A stretch of 64,000 bases of DNA from the NCBI RefSeq assembly GCF_018350175.1, contig NC_058368.1, positions 228,162,001 to 228,226,000 of the forward strand, read 5' to 3'. Under the pieces are notes generated by a model. That model was not told where the DNA came from. It made no database searches and saw nothing but the letters and a program-made list of their open reading frames with translations. The stretch comes from Felis catus. Its lineage: Eukaryota. Positions 53,862 through 61,276 of this stretch are shown here, piece after piece. The position numbers were made by a program, and so were the translations under genes. How positions within the stretch are numbered: the first letter of the stretch is position 1; every line of letters starts with the position of its first letter.

Positions 53862-56800
53862 TATGGCTTCCATATAACACCCAGTGCTCAATCCATCAGG
53901 TGCCCTCCTCAATGCCCATCACCCATTTCCCCCTCTCCCCCATCCCACCATGCTCCCTCAGTTTGTTCTCTGTATTTAAGAGTCTCTTATGGTTTGCCTC
54001 CTTCCCTCTCTGTTTGTAACTATGTTTTCCCCTTCCCGTCCCCCGTCTTCTGTTAAGTTTCTCAAGATCCACATATGAGTGAAAACATATGATATCTGTT
54101 TTTCTCTGACTGACTTATTTCACTCGACATAATACCCTCCAGTTCCATCCACGTTGTTGCAAATGGCAAGATTTCATTCTTTCTCATTGCCAAGTAGTAT
54201 TCCATTGTATATAGAAACCACATCTTCTTTATTTCAGGTGAGGATTTTTATAATGCTCATCTTTAGGAACTCAGGAATGATCATGATAGTGTGAAAAATG
54301 TGGGAATAAAAAATATTTGAATTTTTCCCTTTAGCTACCTTTCCTTCCTTCCTTCCTTCCTTCCTTCCTTCCTTCCTTCCTTCCTTCCTTCCTTCCTTCC
54401 CTCCTTCCCTCCCTCCCTCCCTCCCTCCCTCTCTCCCTCATTTCTTCTTTCTTTCTTTCTTTCTAGAGGGAGAGAGAGCGCGAGATGGGGAGAGGAGCAG
54501 GGGGAGAGAGAGAATCTCAAGCAGGCGTCATTCTCAGCACGGAGCCCAACACAGGGCTTGATCCCATGACCCTGGGATCATGACCTGAGCTGAAATCCAG
54601 AATGGGATGCCGAACCAACCCAGCCCCCCAGGTGCCCCTACTTTCTTTCTTAGTGTAATGGTAGTGTGAGTTCTTTTGTTATAGCTGCTTATGGAAAGGA
54701 ATTTTGTAGGTGCCATGAAATGTCACTTTCTGTACTAATTATTACATTTTTTCAAATTTGAGATTCTTATGTAGTGAATCAGTGAGTTGAAATAACTACT
54801 TAGGAAGCTTTTTTAAAAAACGTAACCGAATAAAAGGAAACAAAAGTGATAAAGGCAGGTTTTGCTGGACTTGCTACATCCCCCCCAAATTAAGAAAGTG
54901 ATACAGTTTCTGAGCTTTTTCTTGCTTAGCGAGGGAATTTTCCTTTGCTGGAATGTCCCTGGACCCGACTCGCTGTGCTCAGGGCCTGGTACAGTTCTAC
55001 ACGCCATAGCTGCTCAATCAGTGGTGATGGACTGGCCAGAACATGAAGCAGTGGCGGGTGGCCTTTGCCCTTTGTCTTCATGCAGTTTAGTTACTAGAGC
55101 CTTTGTTTTAAATCTGTGGTTTTCAGTCACAGGGTGAGAATTTTCACATTTCTATTTCTGGCACCAAGATATGCCTGGATTTTCTTGTTCACTCTTTGTT
55201 TCAGTCTGAAACAGGGTATAGAATTTAGTCATTCGTTCCAAAATATTGAGAGCCTACTGTGTACCAGGCATCGTTCCAAGAGTTGAGGGAACATATTAAT
55301 GAACCAAAAAAATCCTTGGAGGCTAACTAATGAGTAATTTATATGTTATGTTAGAAAGTGGTAAATGCTATTTAAAAACACAGAGTGGGGTAAGAGGGAG
55401 AGCTAGGGAATCAGATAGTGGGCTATGATTTCAAACAGGGTGGTCAAAGTAGGTTCCACTGAGAAGGCGACATTTAAGAAGTTGAAGGGGAGGAGGGAGT
55501 AAGTTACCTGGTAGGAGGGGCCTGACACAGCAACAGCCAGTGCAAAGGCCCTGAGGGAGGAGAGTGCATTATGTGTTTAAGGCAGTTGGTCTCCAAGTGT
55601 GGTGCCCTGAACAGACAGGAATAGCAGCCCTGCATCACCTGGAGGTAGGTTAGATTCCCGGGCCCTGCTCTGGCTTACTGCTGATTTAGGGCTTACTGGA
55701 TGTGGCTGGAGCAAAATGCAAAAGGACCCTCACAGGCTGTGGTAAGGTCTTAGCTTTTACTCTGAGAGACATGGTTAGTCCTTAGAGGGTTTGGGGAGAG
55801 GAGGTGTGTTTCAGAGCAGTGTTCTGACTGGTAGGCTGGGAATAGACAACGGGCAGTAGGGATGAGGCAGGGAGGCCTATTTGGGTCCTGTCATTTAAAG
55901 GAGAAATGACAGAGACATGCACCAGGGTGTCAGCAGTGGAGTTGGTGAGGAACGATAAGCCTCCGGGTCTGTTTTTGAAGTAGAGGTGATAGGATTTGTT
56001 GATGACCAGGACTTGGAGTTTGAGAAAAGGGACGTAGTGACAGAGGCCTCCAAAATTTTAGCTGCTGGGAGAATGGGGCTGCCGTCTGCTGGGATGGGGA
56101 AGGCTGGGGGGCAGCAGGTATGCAGGAAAGAGCCCTGACTTCCCTTTTGGTAGTGTTGCTGGGGTGGTGGGGGACATCTCTTCAACATTCACGTGGAGAT
56201 GTCGAGACCACGTATGATGAAGAGCTGGGAAGAAGCTCTCAGTTACCAGCGTATCGATGGTGTTTAACACAAGACAGAGTTTGTGGAATTGTTATGCGAT
56301 GTTTCTCATAGTCAAAAAGAAAATCCTAAAAATGATTACATAAATTAAGCACTAAAGGGAAAGGACTTGCACTAGCGTTTCACAATGGCAGTTTGGGCTA
56401 CGTGTGGCTTCTCCCTCCCCATGATGTTCGTGTGGGCACTGGACCAGAGCGAAGGGAAGTCACCCAATTAATCATGGAATTAATGAGTAGTCCCATTATA
56501 TTTTGTATGATTTCATATGATTCATTGCTGCATATAACTTTATTATTTTTTTACTTTTTAAAAGTGTATTGATTTTGAAAGAGAGAGTGTGTGCAAGAGT
56601 TGGGGAGGGGCAGAGAAAGAGGGAGAGAGAGAATCCCAAGCAGCCTGCATACTGCCTGCACAGAGCCCAGTGCGGGGCTCAAACCCATGAACCGCAAGAT
56701 CATGACTTGAGCCTAAATTAAGAGTTGGATGCTTAACCGACTGAGCCATTCAGCCACCCCAATCACTATTTATAACTTTAGATTTCTAGTTCTCTCAGCG

Positions 56801-59800
56801 GGGAGTAGAATCTACAATAACTGCTGAGCCATATCCGGAGTACCCAATTGAATATTTACCCTGCTGAAGCTACTGTAGAAATCTGAGCTTCGTAGCACGT
56901 GCCCAGGTAGCTCCACTGAGCACAACTGGAACTCCCAACCATGCCTTTTAACCATGCGTTGAACCCTGGTTTCCCCATATTGTGTCACACGTAAATTCAT
57001 ATTACTTCATTAATGCGTCTAAGCATCGGTCAGTGGGCACTATATTTAGAAAGCTTTTCAAGCAAACTGACTAATGCATATCTTTCTGTCCAAATTTTTA
57101 AATACTATTTACCCACTGTCCTTTTTCCTTTAATGTAATTTACTGTCAAATTGGCTTCCATACAACACTCAGTGCTCATCCCAACAAGTGCCCTCCTCAA
57201 TGCCCATCACCCACTTTCCCCTCTCCCCCACCCCCCATCAACCCTCAGTTTGTTCTCTGTATTTAAGAGTCTCTTATGGTTTGCCTCCCTCCCTCTCTGT
57301 TTGTGACTATTTTTCCCCCTTCCTTTTCCCCATGGTCTTCTGTTAAGTTTCTCAGGATCCACATGTGAGTGAAAGCATATGGTATCTGTCTTTCTCTGAC
57401 TGACTAATTTCACTTAGCATAATACCTTCCAGTTCCATCCATGTTGCTGTAAAAGGCAGGATTTCATTCTTTCTCATTGACAAGTAGTATTCCATTGTAT
57501 ATATTAACCTCATCTTCTTTACCCATTCATCAGTTGATGGACATTTAGGCTCTTTCCATAATTTGGCTATTGTTGAGAGTGCTGCTATAAACATTGGGGT
57601 ACAAGTGCCCCTATGCATCAGTACTCCTGTATCCCTTGGGTAAATTCCTAGTAGTGCTATTGCTGGGTCCTAGGGTAGATCTATTTTTAATTTCTTGAGG
57701 AACCTCCACACTATATTCCAGAGCGGCTGCACCAGTTTGCATTCCCACCAACAGTGCAAGAAGGTTCCCATTTCTCCACATCCTCGCCAGCATCTGTAGT
57801 CTCCTGATTTGTTCATTTTAGCCACTCTGACCGGCGTGAGGTGGTATCTCAGTGTGGCTTTGATTTGTGTTTCCCTGATGATGAGTGATGTTGAGCATCT
57901 TTTCATGTGTCTGTTGGCCATGTGGATGCCTTCTTTGGAAAAGTGTCTATTCATGTCTTCTGCCCCTCACTGTCCTTTCCATTTTTGATTCTTTTACTAG
58001 CTTCAGAATTAGAGCCTCTCATTAAATAATCTGACTTTTGTGTACAATTTGACTTGGTGCCAGAGGCTCATCCTCTCTGTTGTCTTCCTGCCTCTGGGCT
58101 TCCTGCTGCCTTTGGCTGGTTCTTTTTTTTTTTTTTTTAATTAAAAAAAAATTACATTTATGTATTTTTGAGAGACAGAGTGAGACAGAATGCGAGCGGG
58201 GGAGGGGCAGAAAGGGAAGGAAACGCAGAATCTGAAGCAGGCTCCAGGCTCTGAGCAAGAGTTCAGCACAGACCCCAAGGCGGGGCTCGAACCCACAAAA
58301 TGTGACATCATGAACTGAGCCGAAGTCGGACACTTAACCGACTGAGCCACCCAGGCGCCCCTGCCTTTGGCTGGTTCTGTGTCATGGCTGTTCCCTGCTT
58401 CCCCATCCTCACTGGTCCCATCTTTTTTCTCCTTCTGTTCCACGGACTCTCCCTCTCCAAACCACCAAGAAGAAGAAGTAACCAATATGGACAATAATCT
58501 TTCTAAACCATTCTCTCCCCAGCTATCTATAAAGATCCTTCAGGAAAGATGTAAAACTTTACTTGTCATGGAGAGAGTAGCACCTGTTCAGGCCCAGAAC
58601 ATTTTTCAATTTAAATGTACCTGCAGCAGTGGCACAGGTTGTTTGCCTGTCATTTGGACCCTTGCTTTTCAGAGAACTGGATACTGTTTCAACTAGCAGG
58701 TTGAACATAATCACATTCAAACAACAGAGCTCTTATCAGTAAGAGACTAAGGGAAGACAATGAATCTATTCTGAGAGATCTGTGTGTGTCTTTTCAAATA
58801 TATGTCAATATATTTTCGATATATTTCACTTTTCAAACAAGCTTCAATATAATCACAAAAGTCACGTACGGTGGATATTGATAGTATTTTTAGTAAGTTT
58901 CACATTGTTTGCTACCAATTCTTTCCTCCATTAGCTCCCCTCTTATTTTCATGGAGTTCCTGCAGCCACATATGATAACTGCATTACAGGAGCTTGAGAA
59001 CAGTCCTCTAGGTGAACTTTGTCAGGGATGGCCAAACAATAGTTGTTAATTAAGGAAGAGAATATATTTATGCAAATTAACAGGAATTGGAGAAAGAGAG
59101 AACTCATCTCCTAGAAGATGTAACTGCAAACAAAAGAAGGATGAAGGAGCTAGAAGATAATTTGCTTTACCGGCTGACGAGTACCCAGGGGTCCCTGGTG
59201 GAAGATGAGAGTCTCATCGTCGTGCTGAGCAACACAAAAAAGACCGCGGAAGAGGTGACACAGAAGCTGGAGATTTCGGCAGAGACAGAAATTCAGATTA
59301 ACTCAGCCCGGGAGGAGTACAGACCTGGTGAGTTTGGTAATGAAAGACAAATGTCACAGGAAAATGAAGTGAGAAACAAACCAAAATCAGAGAAACTGAA
59401 GGAAGTAAGGGCTGTGTGAAGTGGGGTGGCCGTTCCTGTTTTGTGATGTTGCGTTGGGACATATACAGTAAGACTGGGAGAAAACATTTTTTAATGGTAT
59501 AAATTCTCTAGGTGCTGATAATCCATGTTAGTTAGCAAGTTCTTTCAGGTCCCTGTGAAATTACTTTTAAATTAGAAAGTAAAAAGGAAGATCTTTTAAA
59601 GAACGTCTGACTACAGTTTTGAAATTTAAGGAATTAGTGCAGCATTTGTGGGCTGCTCATTAGTTCTTTATCATTTGGTCACAATGAGCCGGTGTTTTGT
59701 TTGCAGTCTTTGTATTAGGAAGGTAGTTCCTTGGTCTCCTGGGAGTGCTTTAGTCTTACTCAGCAATTTGCAAAGCAGTGTTGTTCATTGGTTACAAGAG

Positions 59801-61129
59801 GGGCCTGCTAAAAGAACTCAATTCCCTTTAGAAAATTATCATTCTTTCTGAAAAAAATAATCAAAACAGCATCATCTGCTGCTGGAGAGTCAGGAGCATC
59901 ATCTTTGCGATGATGCCTTGTTTTGCCAACCTGACCCCAAGCCTAGTCAAGGCTTCCTCATGGAGCTTAAGAATGAGGTCCATAAAATGCGTACACACTT
60001 TGCTGCGTGTTAGAGTGTTTGCGATCCCATCAGTTACCTTTTCTACCTATGAAAAAATATAGTGAAATTCATAAGGGTTCTAAATCCATAAGAGGTTCTA
60101 AAATGGAAAAATGCTGTGTGATAAACACAAATAGCAGAGTGCTTACACAGAGCTTATAAATAAGAGTTAAATATATATAATGAGCATTGCTCTAGACCCT
60201 CAGAGCTGGTAGATAGTCATTGATAAAAATAAAACTTGTTGTTTTCATTTAGAGTTTAGGCTGATCTGGGCACAGATCATTTATTTTCCACCCTCGTAGC
60301 ACAAGCAATCTTGCTCTCTGTCTTTCAGTGGCAACACGGGGCAGCATCCTGTACTTCCTCATCACTGAGATGCGCTTGGTTAATGAAATGTATCAGACTT
60401 CGCTCCGCCAGTTTCTTGGCTTGTTTGACCTTTCCTTAGCCCGGTACGTCTGCACTCAGGAAGCCAAGCTGAATTCTATATCTGTGGGCTAGAATGATGA
60501 CATTACATTTGTAACTTCTTTTCCTCTTGCTACTGAGTCTTTTTTTCTTTTTTTAATCTAAGTGTAGTGTAATTACCAGGGTGTTAACAAATCATTCTCA
60601 TTTGTCATTTCATGCTCAGAGACAGGCCCATCAACTCTTCATCCGTTGATTGATCCCTTTGGTTTTGTGTGTTTCTGTTACACAAGAAAATTCCCAAGAC
60701 TTTTTTTTTTTTGTGAGTGACAGTACCCTGCGGGTAAAATCGATGTAGGCAACATTGAGGATTCTGTTATGTTATTTTATGTTGAGACAATGCTTGTTAT
60801 TTTCGCTTGAGGATGCTGATTCTTGTGTACAAAGGAACTGGCTCGCCAAAGTTATGTATTTGCCGTTAAAGAGGTTGTTTTTATGGACAATGGGAAAGGG
60901 CGGTGGGGTAAGCTGGGTTTAAGTGTTCTCTCCTCCAGGTCGGCCAAGAGCCCAATTACAAGCAAGAGGATTGCTAATATCATTGAGCATATGACTTACG
61001 AGGTTTACAAGTATGCAGCCCGGGGATTGTATGAGGAGCACAAGTTCTTATTCACCTTGCTGCTTACCCTGAAGATCGACATCCAGAGGAACCGAGTGAA
61101 GCATGAAGAGTTTCTCACCCTTATCAAAG
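837..61129 (+). CDS. DNAH5: Spliced internal portion (18 exons) of dynein axonemal heavy chain 5; gene extends beyond both window ends
   Basis: Joined exons translate to ~1,104 aa closely matching DNAH5 as recalled ([60 protein letters not shown]). All introns are GT-AG and phases chain, apart from one +1 indel in the first exon. Confidence 0.96.
1260..1465 (+). mobile_element. MIR-like ancient SINE fragment
   Basis: MIR core-like motifs (ttagctggatgact, cctcattctcctc, aaaatggaaatagtaat, aaataaatgaaatatt). Confidence 0.5.
1472..1713. mobile_element. Non-autonomous TcMar/Tigger-like DNA transposon (MITE), CpG-rich
   Basis: Imperfect terminal inverted repeats (tagcaaaaaccttagtttacga vs reverse complement caggaaaaccatggactgcga); 3' end CTG followed by TA; 14 CpGs in ~240 bp. 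Confidence 0.6.
3427..3599 (+). CDS. DNAH5: DNAH5 exon B (~ex52)
   Basis: ccctag|GTGAAACA...GTCAAG|gtcagt; [17 protein letters not shown]...[14 protein letters not shown]; 173 nt, phase 1 to 0. Confidence 0.95.
3975..4265 (+). mobile_element. Old L1 (L1MB-like) 3' UTR fragment
   Basis: atgcttagtgacataagctagtcacagaagggcaaa...aaagtagaatggtgattgccagggg...tattttaccacag, typical of an L1M 3' end. Confidence 0.75.
4483..4712 (-). mobile_element. Can-SINE with (TTTA)n tail
   Basis: Ends ...gactgagccacccaggtgcccc; degenerate TSD. Confidence 0.9.
5294..5513 (+). mobile_element. Can-SINE, full length
   Basis: GGGGCGCCTGGGTGGCTCAG head, B box GAGTTCGAGCCC; perfect 17-bp TSD gaaatgaggctattgtt (5277-5293 / 5514-5530). 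Confidence 0.96.
6003..6194 (+). mobile_element. Can-SINE with (AAAAT)n tail
   Basis: gggctcctgggtagctcag head; TSD taatgatttctt. Confidence 0.9.
8047..8250 (+). mobile_element. Can-SINE running into a (CTC/CTT)n tract
   Basis: cctgggtggctcagctggttaagcgtctgact...; pyrimidine microsatellite 8251-8340 in place of a normal tail. Confidence 0.88.
8822..8952 (+). CDS. DNAH5: DNAH5 exon C (~ex53), AAA4 Walker A
   Basis: ttctag|ATCTCA...ACAAG|gtaaca; [45 protein letters not shown]-loop at 8867-8890; 131 nt. Confidence 0.96.
9310..10265 (-). mobile_element. L2 LINE fragment, interrupted by a SINE
   Basis: aaatatttgttgaacaccagctatgcaccaggcactgg is the reverse complement of the L2 3' end; purine-rich L2 body follows. 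Confidence 0.65.
9483..9716 (+). mobile_element. Can-SINE
   Basis: gggggctcctgggtagctcagtcgg head; TSD aggtgt(t/c)gtatgta. Confidence 0.93.
10731..10787. repeat. (GTTTT)n-type microsatellite
   Basis: Direct reading. Confidence 0.85.
10904..11121 (-). mobile_element. Can-SINE
   Basis: TSD tgg(g/a)ctctgagatttt. Confidence 0.92.
12195..12308 (-). mobile_element. Short, older Can-SINE variant lacking the (CT)n region
   Basis: ctctacacccaatgcagggctcgaatttacaaccccgaggtcaagagtc...gagccagccagg; TSD gagagggca(a/c)catt. Confidence 0.8.
12640..12771 (+). mobile_element. L1 extreme 3' end fragment
   Basis: ttattgtggtgatc...ctgaaactaacataatgttatacgtcaattatgcctcaag followed by an A tail. Confidence 0.7.
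13065..13218 (+). CDS. DNAH5: DNAH5 exon D (~ex54), AAA4 Walker B region
   Basis: ctttag|GTCCTAC...GGGGAG|gtagga; [51 protein letters not shown]; 154 nt. Confidence 0.96.
13696..13947 (-). mobile_element. Can-SINE with (TTTCA)n tail
   Basis: SINE body plus pentamer microsatellite 13696-13770. Confidence 0.88.
14203..14410 (+). mobile_element. Can-SINE
   Basis: Degenerate TSD aatctattagtatgg / aatctataagcatgg. Confidence 0.88.
14584..14851 (+). CDS. DNAH5: DNAH5 exon E (~ex55)
   Basis: ttgaag|GTCTCC...GTTGCTG|gttagt; [13 protein letters not shown]...[44 protein letters not shown]; 268 nt. Confidence 0.96.
14892..14944. repeat. (TG)n(CG)n alternating purine-pyrimidine microsatellite
   Basis: Direct reading; begins 41 nt after the exon E donor. 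Confidence 0.95.
16987..17177 (-). mobile_element. Can-SINE
   Basis: TSD ttgactttatctttt. Confidence 0.92.
17200..17850 (+). mobile_element. L2 LINE 3' fragment
   Basis: Pyrimidine-rich body ending ccactagactaaaactccatgaggtcaaggact...tgaatgaatga. Confidence 0.65.
18650..18862 (-). mobile_element. Can-SINE
   Basis: TSD att(g/a)atattttattctttaa. Confidence 0.94.
18895..21115 (-). mobile_element. L1 (L1MA/L1_Carn-like) 3' ~2 kb, interrupted by a SINE
   Basis: ORF2 remnants (EYYSALKK...[38 protein letters not shown]) and 3' UTR. Confidence 0.9.
19915..20122 (-). mobile_element. Can-SINE nested in L1
   Basis: Ends ...gactgagtcacccaggcacc. Confidence 0.88.
22548..23000 (-). mobile_element. Ancient ERVL/MaLR-class LTR fragment (LTR33-like)
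   Basis: Motifs aaggtggctgttgcatctccagacatta, gtcattggcc...ctgggtcac, ggataggcaac recalled from this class. Confidence 0.45.
24844..25075 (+). CDS. DNAH5: DNAH5 exon F (~ex56)
   Basis: ttctag|TGTCTG...AACAG|gtaagt; [12 protein letters not shown]...[14 protein letters not shown]...QTLANR; 232 nt. Confidence 0.96.
25112..25330 (+). mobile_element. MER20-like hAT-Charlie MITE
   Basis: gtagaggtcagggatgctgctaacatctcacagtgcacgggatagccc...aaatgccaatagtgctgaggctgaggcaccct matches the recalled MER20 consensus. Confidence 0.8.
26193..26307 (+). CDS. DNAH5: DNAH5 exon G (~ex57), stalk CC1
   Basis: tcctag|AATGAAT...GACACG|gtgcgt; [38 protein letters not shown]; 115 nt. Confidence 0.95.
26550..26726 (+). 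CDS. DNAH5: DNAH5 exon H (~ex58), stalk CC1
   Basis: aattag|GTCTTA...CTGCAG|gtaaat; [23 protein letters not shown]...[13 protein letters not shown]; 177 nt. Confidence 0.96.
26935..27055 (+). mobile_element. MIR fragment
   Basis: gtcaggagtcctgggttctcatttccgctctgtcaccaataagctatgtgacactgggaaagtcac. Confidence 0.65.
27785..28545 (-). mobile_element. L1MA-like 3' end with internal (CA)n
   Basis: ORF2 remnant [29 protein letters not shown]; (CA)n at ~28348-28400. Confidence 0.85.
30437..30640 (+). CDS. DNAH5: DNAH5 exon I (~ex59), microtubule-binding domain
   Basis: tcacag|ACTATC...TTGCAG|gttggt; [31 protein letters not shown]...[19 protein letters not shown]; 204 nt. Confidence 0.96.
30760..31255 (-). 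mobile_element. L1 3' UTR fragment
   Basis: ccctggcaaccagcattctactctgcttctgtgagtttgactattttagattc...ttatttcatttagcacaatgtcctcc. Confidence 0.8.
31348..31579 (+). mobile_element. Can-SINE
   Basis: TSD aagcattaga. Confidence 0.92.
32137..32567 (+). mobile_element. MER63-like hAT-Blackjack MITE
   Basis: cagtggtgtg...ctgatttgtagcgttcgccaatttccatgg...caagctacc...gagccagcacagtg matches recalled MER63. Confidence 0.7.
32774..33002 (+). mobile_element. Very young SINEC_Fc-type Can-SINE
   Basis: gtggcgcagtcggttaagcgtccgacttcagccaggtcacgatctcgcggtc with CpGs intact; perfect 13-bp TSD taaaaacagatgg. Confidence 0.95.
34327..34543 (-). mobile_element. Can-SINE
   Basis: Full SINE body on the reverse strand. 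Confidence 0.92.
35255..35434 (+). CDS. DNAH5: DNAH5 exon J (~ex60), microtubule-binding domain
   Basis: tcatag|CAATTC...CTAAAG|gtgagc; [60 protein letters not shown]; 180 nt. Confidence 0.96.
37298..37542 (-). mobile_element. Can-SINE with (GA)n(GT)n
   Basis: Ends ...ctgagccatccaggcgcccc. Confidence 0.92.
38277..38712 (+). mobile_element. MER58-like hAT-Charlie MITE split by a SINE
   Basis: agcaaactctggcccacaggccaaatctagccc...ctaaaatatttactatctg. Confidence 0.6.
38360..38591 (-). mobile_element. Can-SINE
   Basis: TSD agaattttt(t)gcattttt. Confidence 0.9.
38905..39042 (+). CDS. DNAH5: DNAH5 exon K (~ex61), stalk CC2
   Basis: gtgcag|GCCAAC...AAGCAG|gtaact; [46 protein letters not shown]; 138 nt. 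Confidence 0.96.
39047..39640. repeat. 295-bp tandem duplication (39047-39341 / 39342-39636)
   Basis: Two head-to-tail copies, 9 substitutions, no indels; CTGT microhomology at 39047, 39342 and 39637. Confidence 0.97.
39660..39830 (-). mobile_element. MIR fragment
   Basis: atctcatttaacctttgaaacaat...attctcactttggagataggaactgaggtccagaggg. Confidence 0.6.
40315..40527 (-). mobile_element. Can-SINE
   Basis: Ends ...ctgagccacccaggtgtccc. Confidence 0.9.
41802..42012 (-). mobile_element. Can-SINE
   Basis: TSD aagacaacct(g/a)atctt. Confidence 0.93.
43396..43531 (+). CDS. DNAH5: DNAH5 exon L (~ex62), stalk CC2
   Basis: ttttag|ACCTTG...CTTGTAG|gtatgt; [45 protein letters not shown]; 136 nt. Confidence 0.96.
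43643..43683. repeat. (TG)n microsatellite
   Basis: Direct reading. Confidence 0.9.
44048..44277 (+). mobile_element. Can-SINE just upstream of the exon M acceptor
   Basis: ggagcgcctgggtggctcagtcggttaagcgtcc head, (CT)n, AATAAA; no clear tail or TSD. Confidence 0.9.
44342..44658 (+). CDS. DNAH5: DNAH5 exon M (~ex63), start of AAA5
   Basis: ttttag|GGGATG...CTCCAG|gtaatt; [21 protein letters not shown]...[18 protein letters not shown]...[25 protein letters not shown]; 317 nt. Confidence 0.97.
45222..45377 (+). CDS. DNAH5: DNAH5 exon N (~ex64), AAA5
   Basis: tcctag|ATCACA...TTTAAG|gtcagt; [52 protein letters not shown]; 156 nt. Confidence 0.96.
45576..45978 (+). mobile_element. Solo ERV LTR (ERV1-like), sense to DNAH5
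   Basis: TG...CA termini; gactccattttg near the 5' end; AATAAA at 45870-45875 followed by a U5-like segment; TSD not convincing. Confidence 0.65.
46239..46533 (-). mobile_element. Can-SINE with (TTTA)n tail, ending 22 nt upstream of exon O
   Basis: ...gagccacccaggtgcccc|gaactttatttttataataaag|GTG. Confidence 0.92.
46556..46738 (+). CDS. DNAH5: DNAH5 exon O (~ex65), AAA5
   Basis: ataaag|GTGAAA...AAACAG|gtgagt; [61 protein letters not shown]; 183 nt. Confidence 0.96.
47706..47788. repeat. (CTTTT)n microsatellite
   Basis: Direct reading. Confidence 0.9.
48395..48617 (-). mobile_element. Can-SINE
   Basis: TSD aactcctttgaaga. Confidence 0.9.
48873..49122 (-). mobile_element. Can-SINE variant with internal ~22-bp tandem repeats
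   Basis: Normal head and tail; middle replaced by repeated ggctc...ctcacc units. Confidence 0.85.
49609..49788 (+). mobile_element. Internally deleted Can-SINE
   Basis: TSD aagaagttggtgtt; B-box segment missing. Confidence 0.85.
50066..50275 (+). mobile_element. Can-SINE followed by (GAT)n and (CAA)n
   Basis: ggggtgcctgggtggctcagtcgg head; tail runs into triplet repeats at 50277-50333. Confidence 0.92.
50954..51209 (-). mobile_element. Can-SINE inserted at the tail of the next SINE
   Basis: TSD acaggttaattt (50945-50956 / 51210-51221). Confidence 0.93.
51219..51405 (-). mobile_element. Older Can-SINE
   Basis: TSD tta(t/c)tatcacag brackets both elements. Confidence 0.88.
51750..51981 (+). 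mobile_element. Can-SINE
   Basis: TSD aaaa(g/t)cttgaat. Confidence 0.92.
52118..52535 (+). mobile_element. 5'-truncated felid L1 (ORF2 C-terminus plus 3' UTR)
   Basis: [26 protein letters not shown] tail; TSD tccaaattgc (52106-52115 / 52536-52545). Confidence 0.93.
53400..53620 (-). mobile_element. MIR
   Basis: ccatctcacagatgaggaaactgaggctcatagcgtcacataacatggcc...gattcaaacctatgtc. Confidence 0.7.
53666..54232 (-). mobile_element. 5'-truncated felid L1 with 3' transduction
   Basis: L1 3' UTR at ~53755-54232; TSD ttcaggtgagga (53652-53663 / 54233-54244) also encloses ~77 bp of non-L1 sequence and a second poly-A. Confidence 0.88.
54340..54638 (-). mobile_element. Can-SINE with (TTCC)n/(CCCT)n tail
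   Basis: Ends ...cagcccccaggtgcccc; microsatellite 54338-54462. Confidence 0.87.
55227..56270 (-). mobile_element. L2 LINE fragment
   Basis: cattcgttccaaaatattgagagcctactgtgtaccaggc...aacagccagtgcaaaggccctgagg. Confidence 0.75.
56540..56760 (-). mobile_element. Can-SINE
   Basis: Full SINE body on the reverse strand. Confidence 0.9.
57125..57965 (-). mobile_element. 5'-truncated felid L1 (~840 bp) with ORF2 C-terminal cysteine-rich domain
   Basis: [28 protein letters not shown]...[21 protein letters not shown]; same frame continues after one stop (57670-57672) to ...LTCGS*; TSD cactgtccttt. Confidence 0.95.
58124..58361 (-). mobile_element. Can-SINE
   Basis: Perfect 17-bp TSD tgcctttggctggttct. 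Confidence 0.95.
59084..59327 (+). CDS. DNAH5: DNAH5 exon P (~ex66), buttress/strut coiled coil
   Basis: taacag|GAATTG...AGACCTG|gtgagt; [31 protein letters not shown]...[10 protein letters not shown]; 244 nt. Confidence 0.96.
60329..60443 (+). CDS. DNAH5: DNAH5 exon Q (~ex67)
   Basis: tttcag|TGGCAA...GCCCG|gtacgt; [39 protein letters not shown]; 115 nt. Confidence 0.96.
60939..61129 (+). CDS. DNAH5: DNAH5 exon R (~ex68)
   Basis: ctccag|GTCGGCC...ATCAAAG|gtcagt; [63 protein letters not shown]; 191 nt. Confidence 0.96.
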
Positions 61130-61276
61130 GTCAGTATAACAATAGAAAGCGTTTTACACGGGTCCAGATGTAGGAATTCTTTGAAGGTCTTGTGCGGTAT
61201 TATTTATTTTTTTTCTGGCTACAGTAGTTTCCTTGCACGTCATTGGAGATTGCGTATACATGAAATACTTTATTTG

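Noticed and set aside
57352..57954. L1 ORF2 fragment as an active or domesticated gene
   Set aside because: 5'-truncated, lacks endonuclease and RT domains, and has an in-frame stop.
837..61129. Identity as the paralog DNAH8 or as a processed pseudogene
   Set aside because: Peptides and exon sizes match DNAH5 as recalled, introns are present, and 17 of 18 exons are intact.
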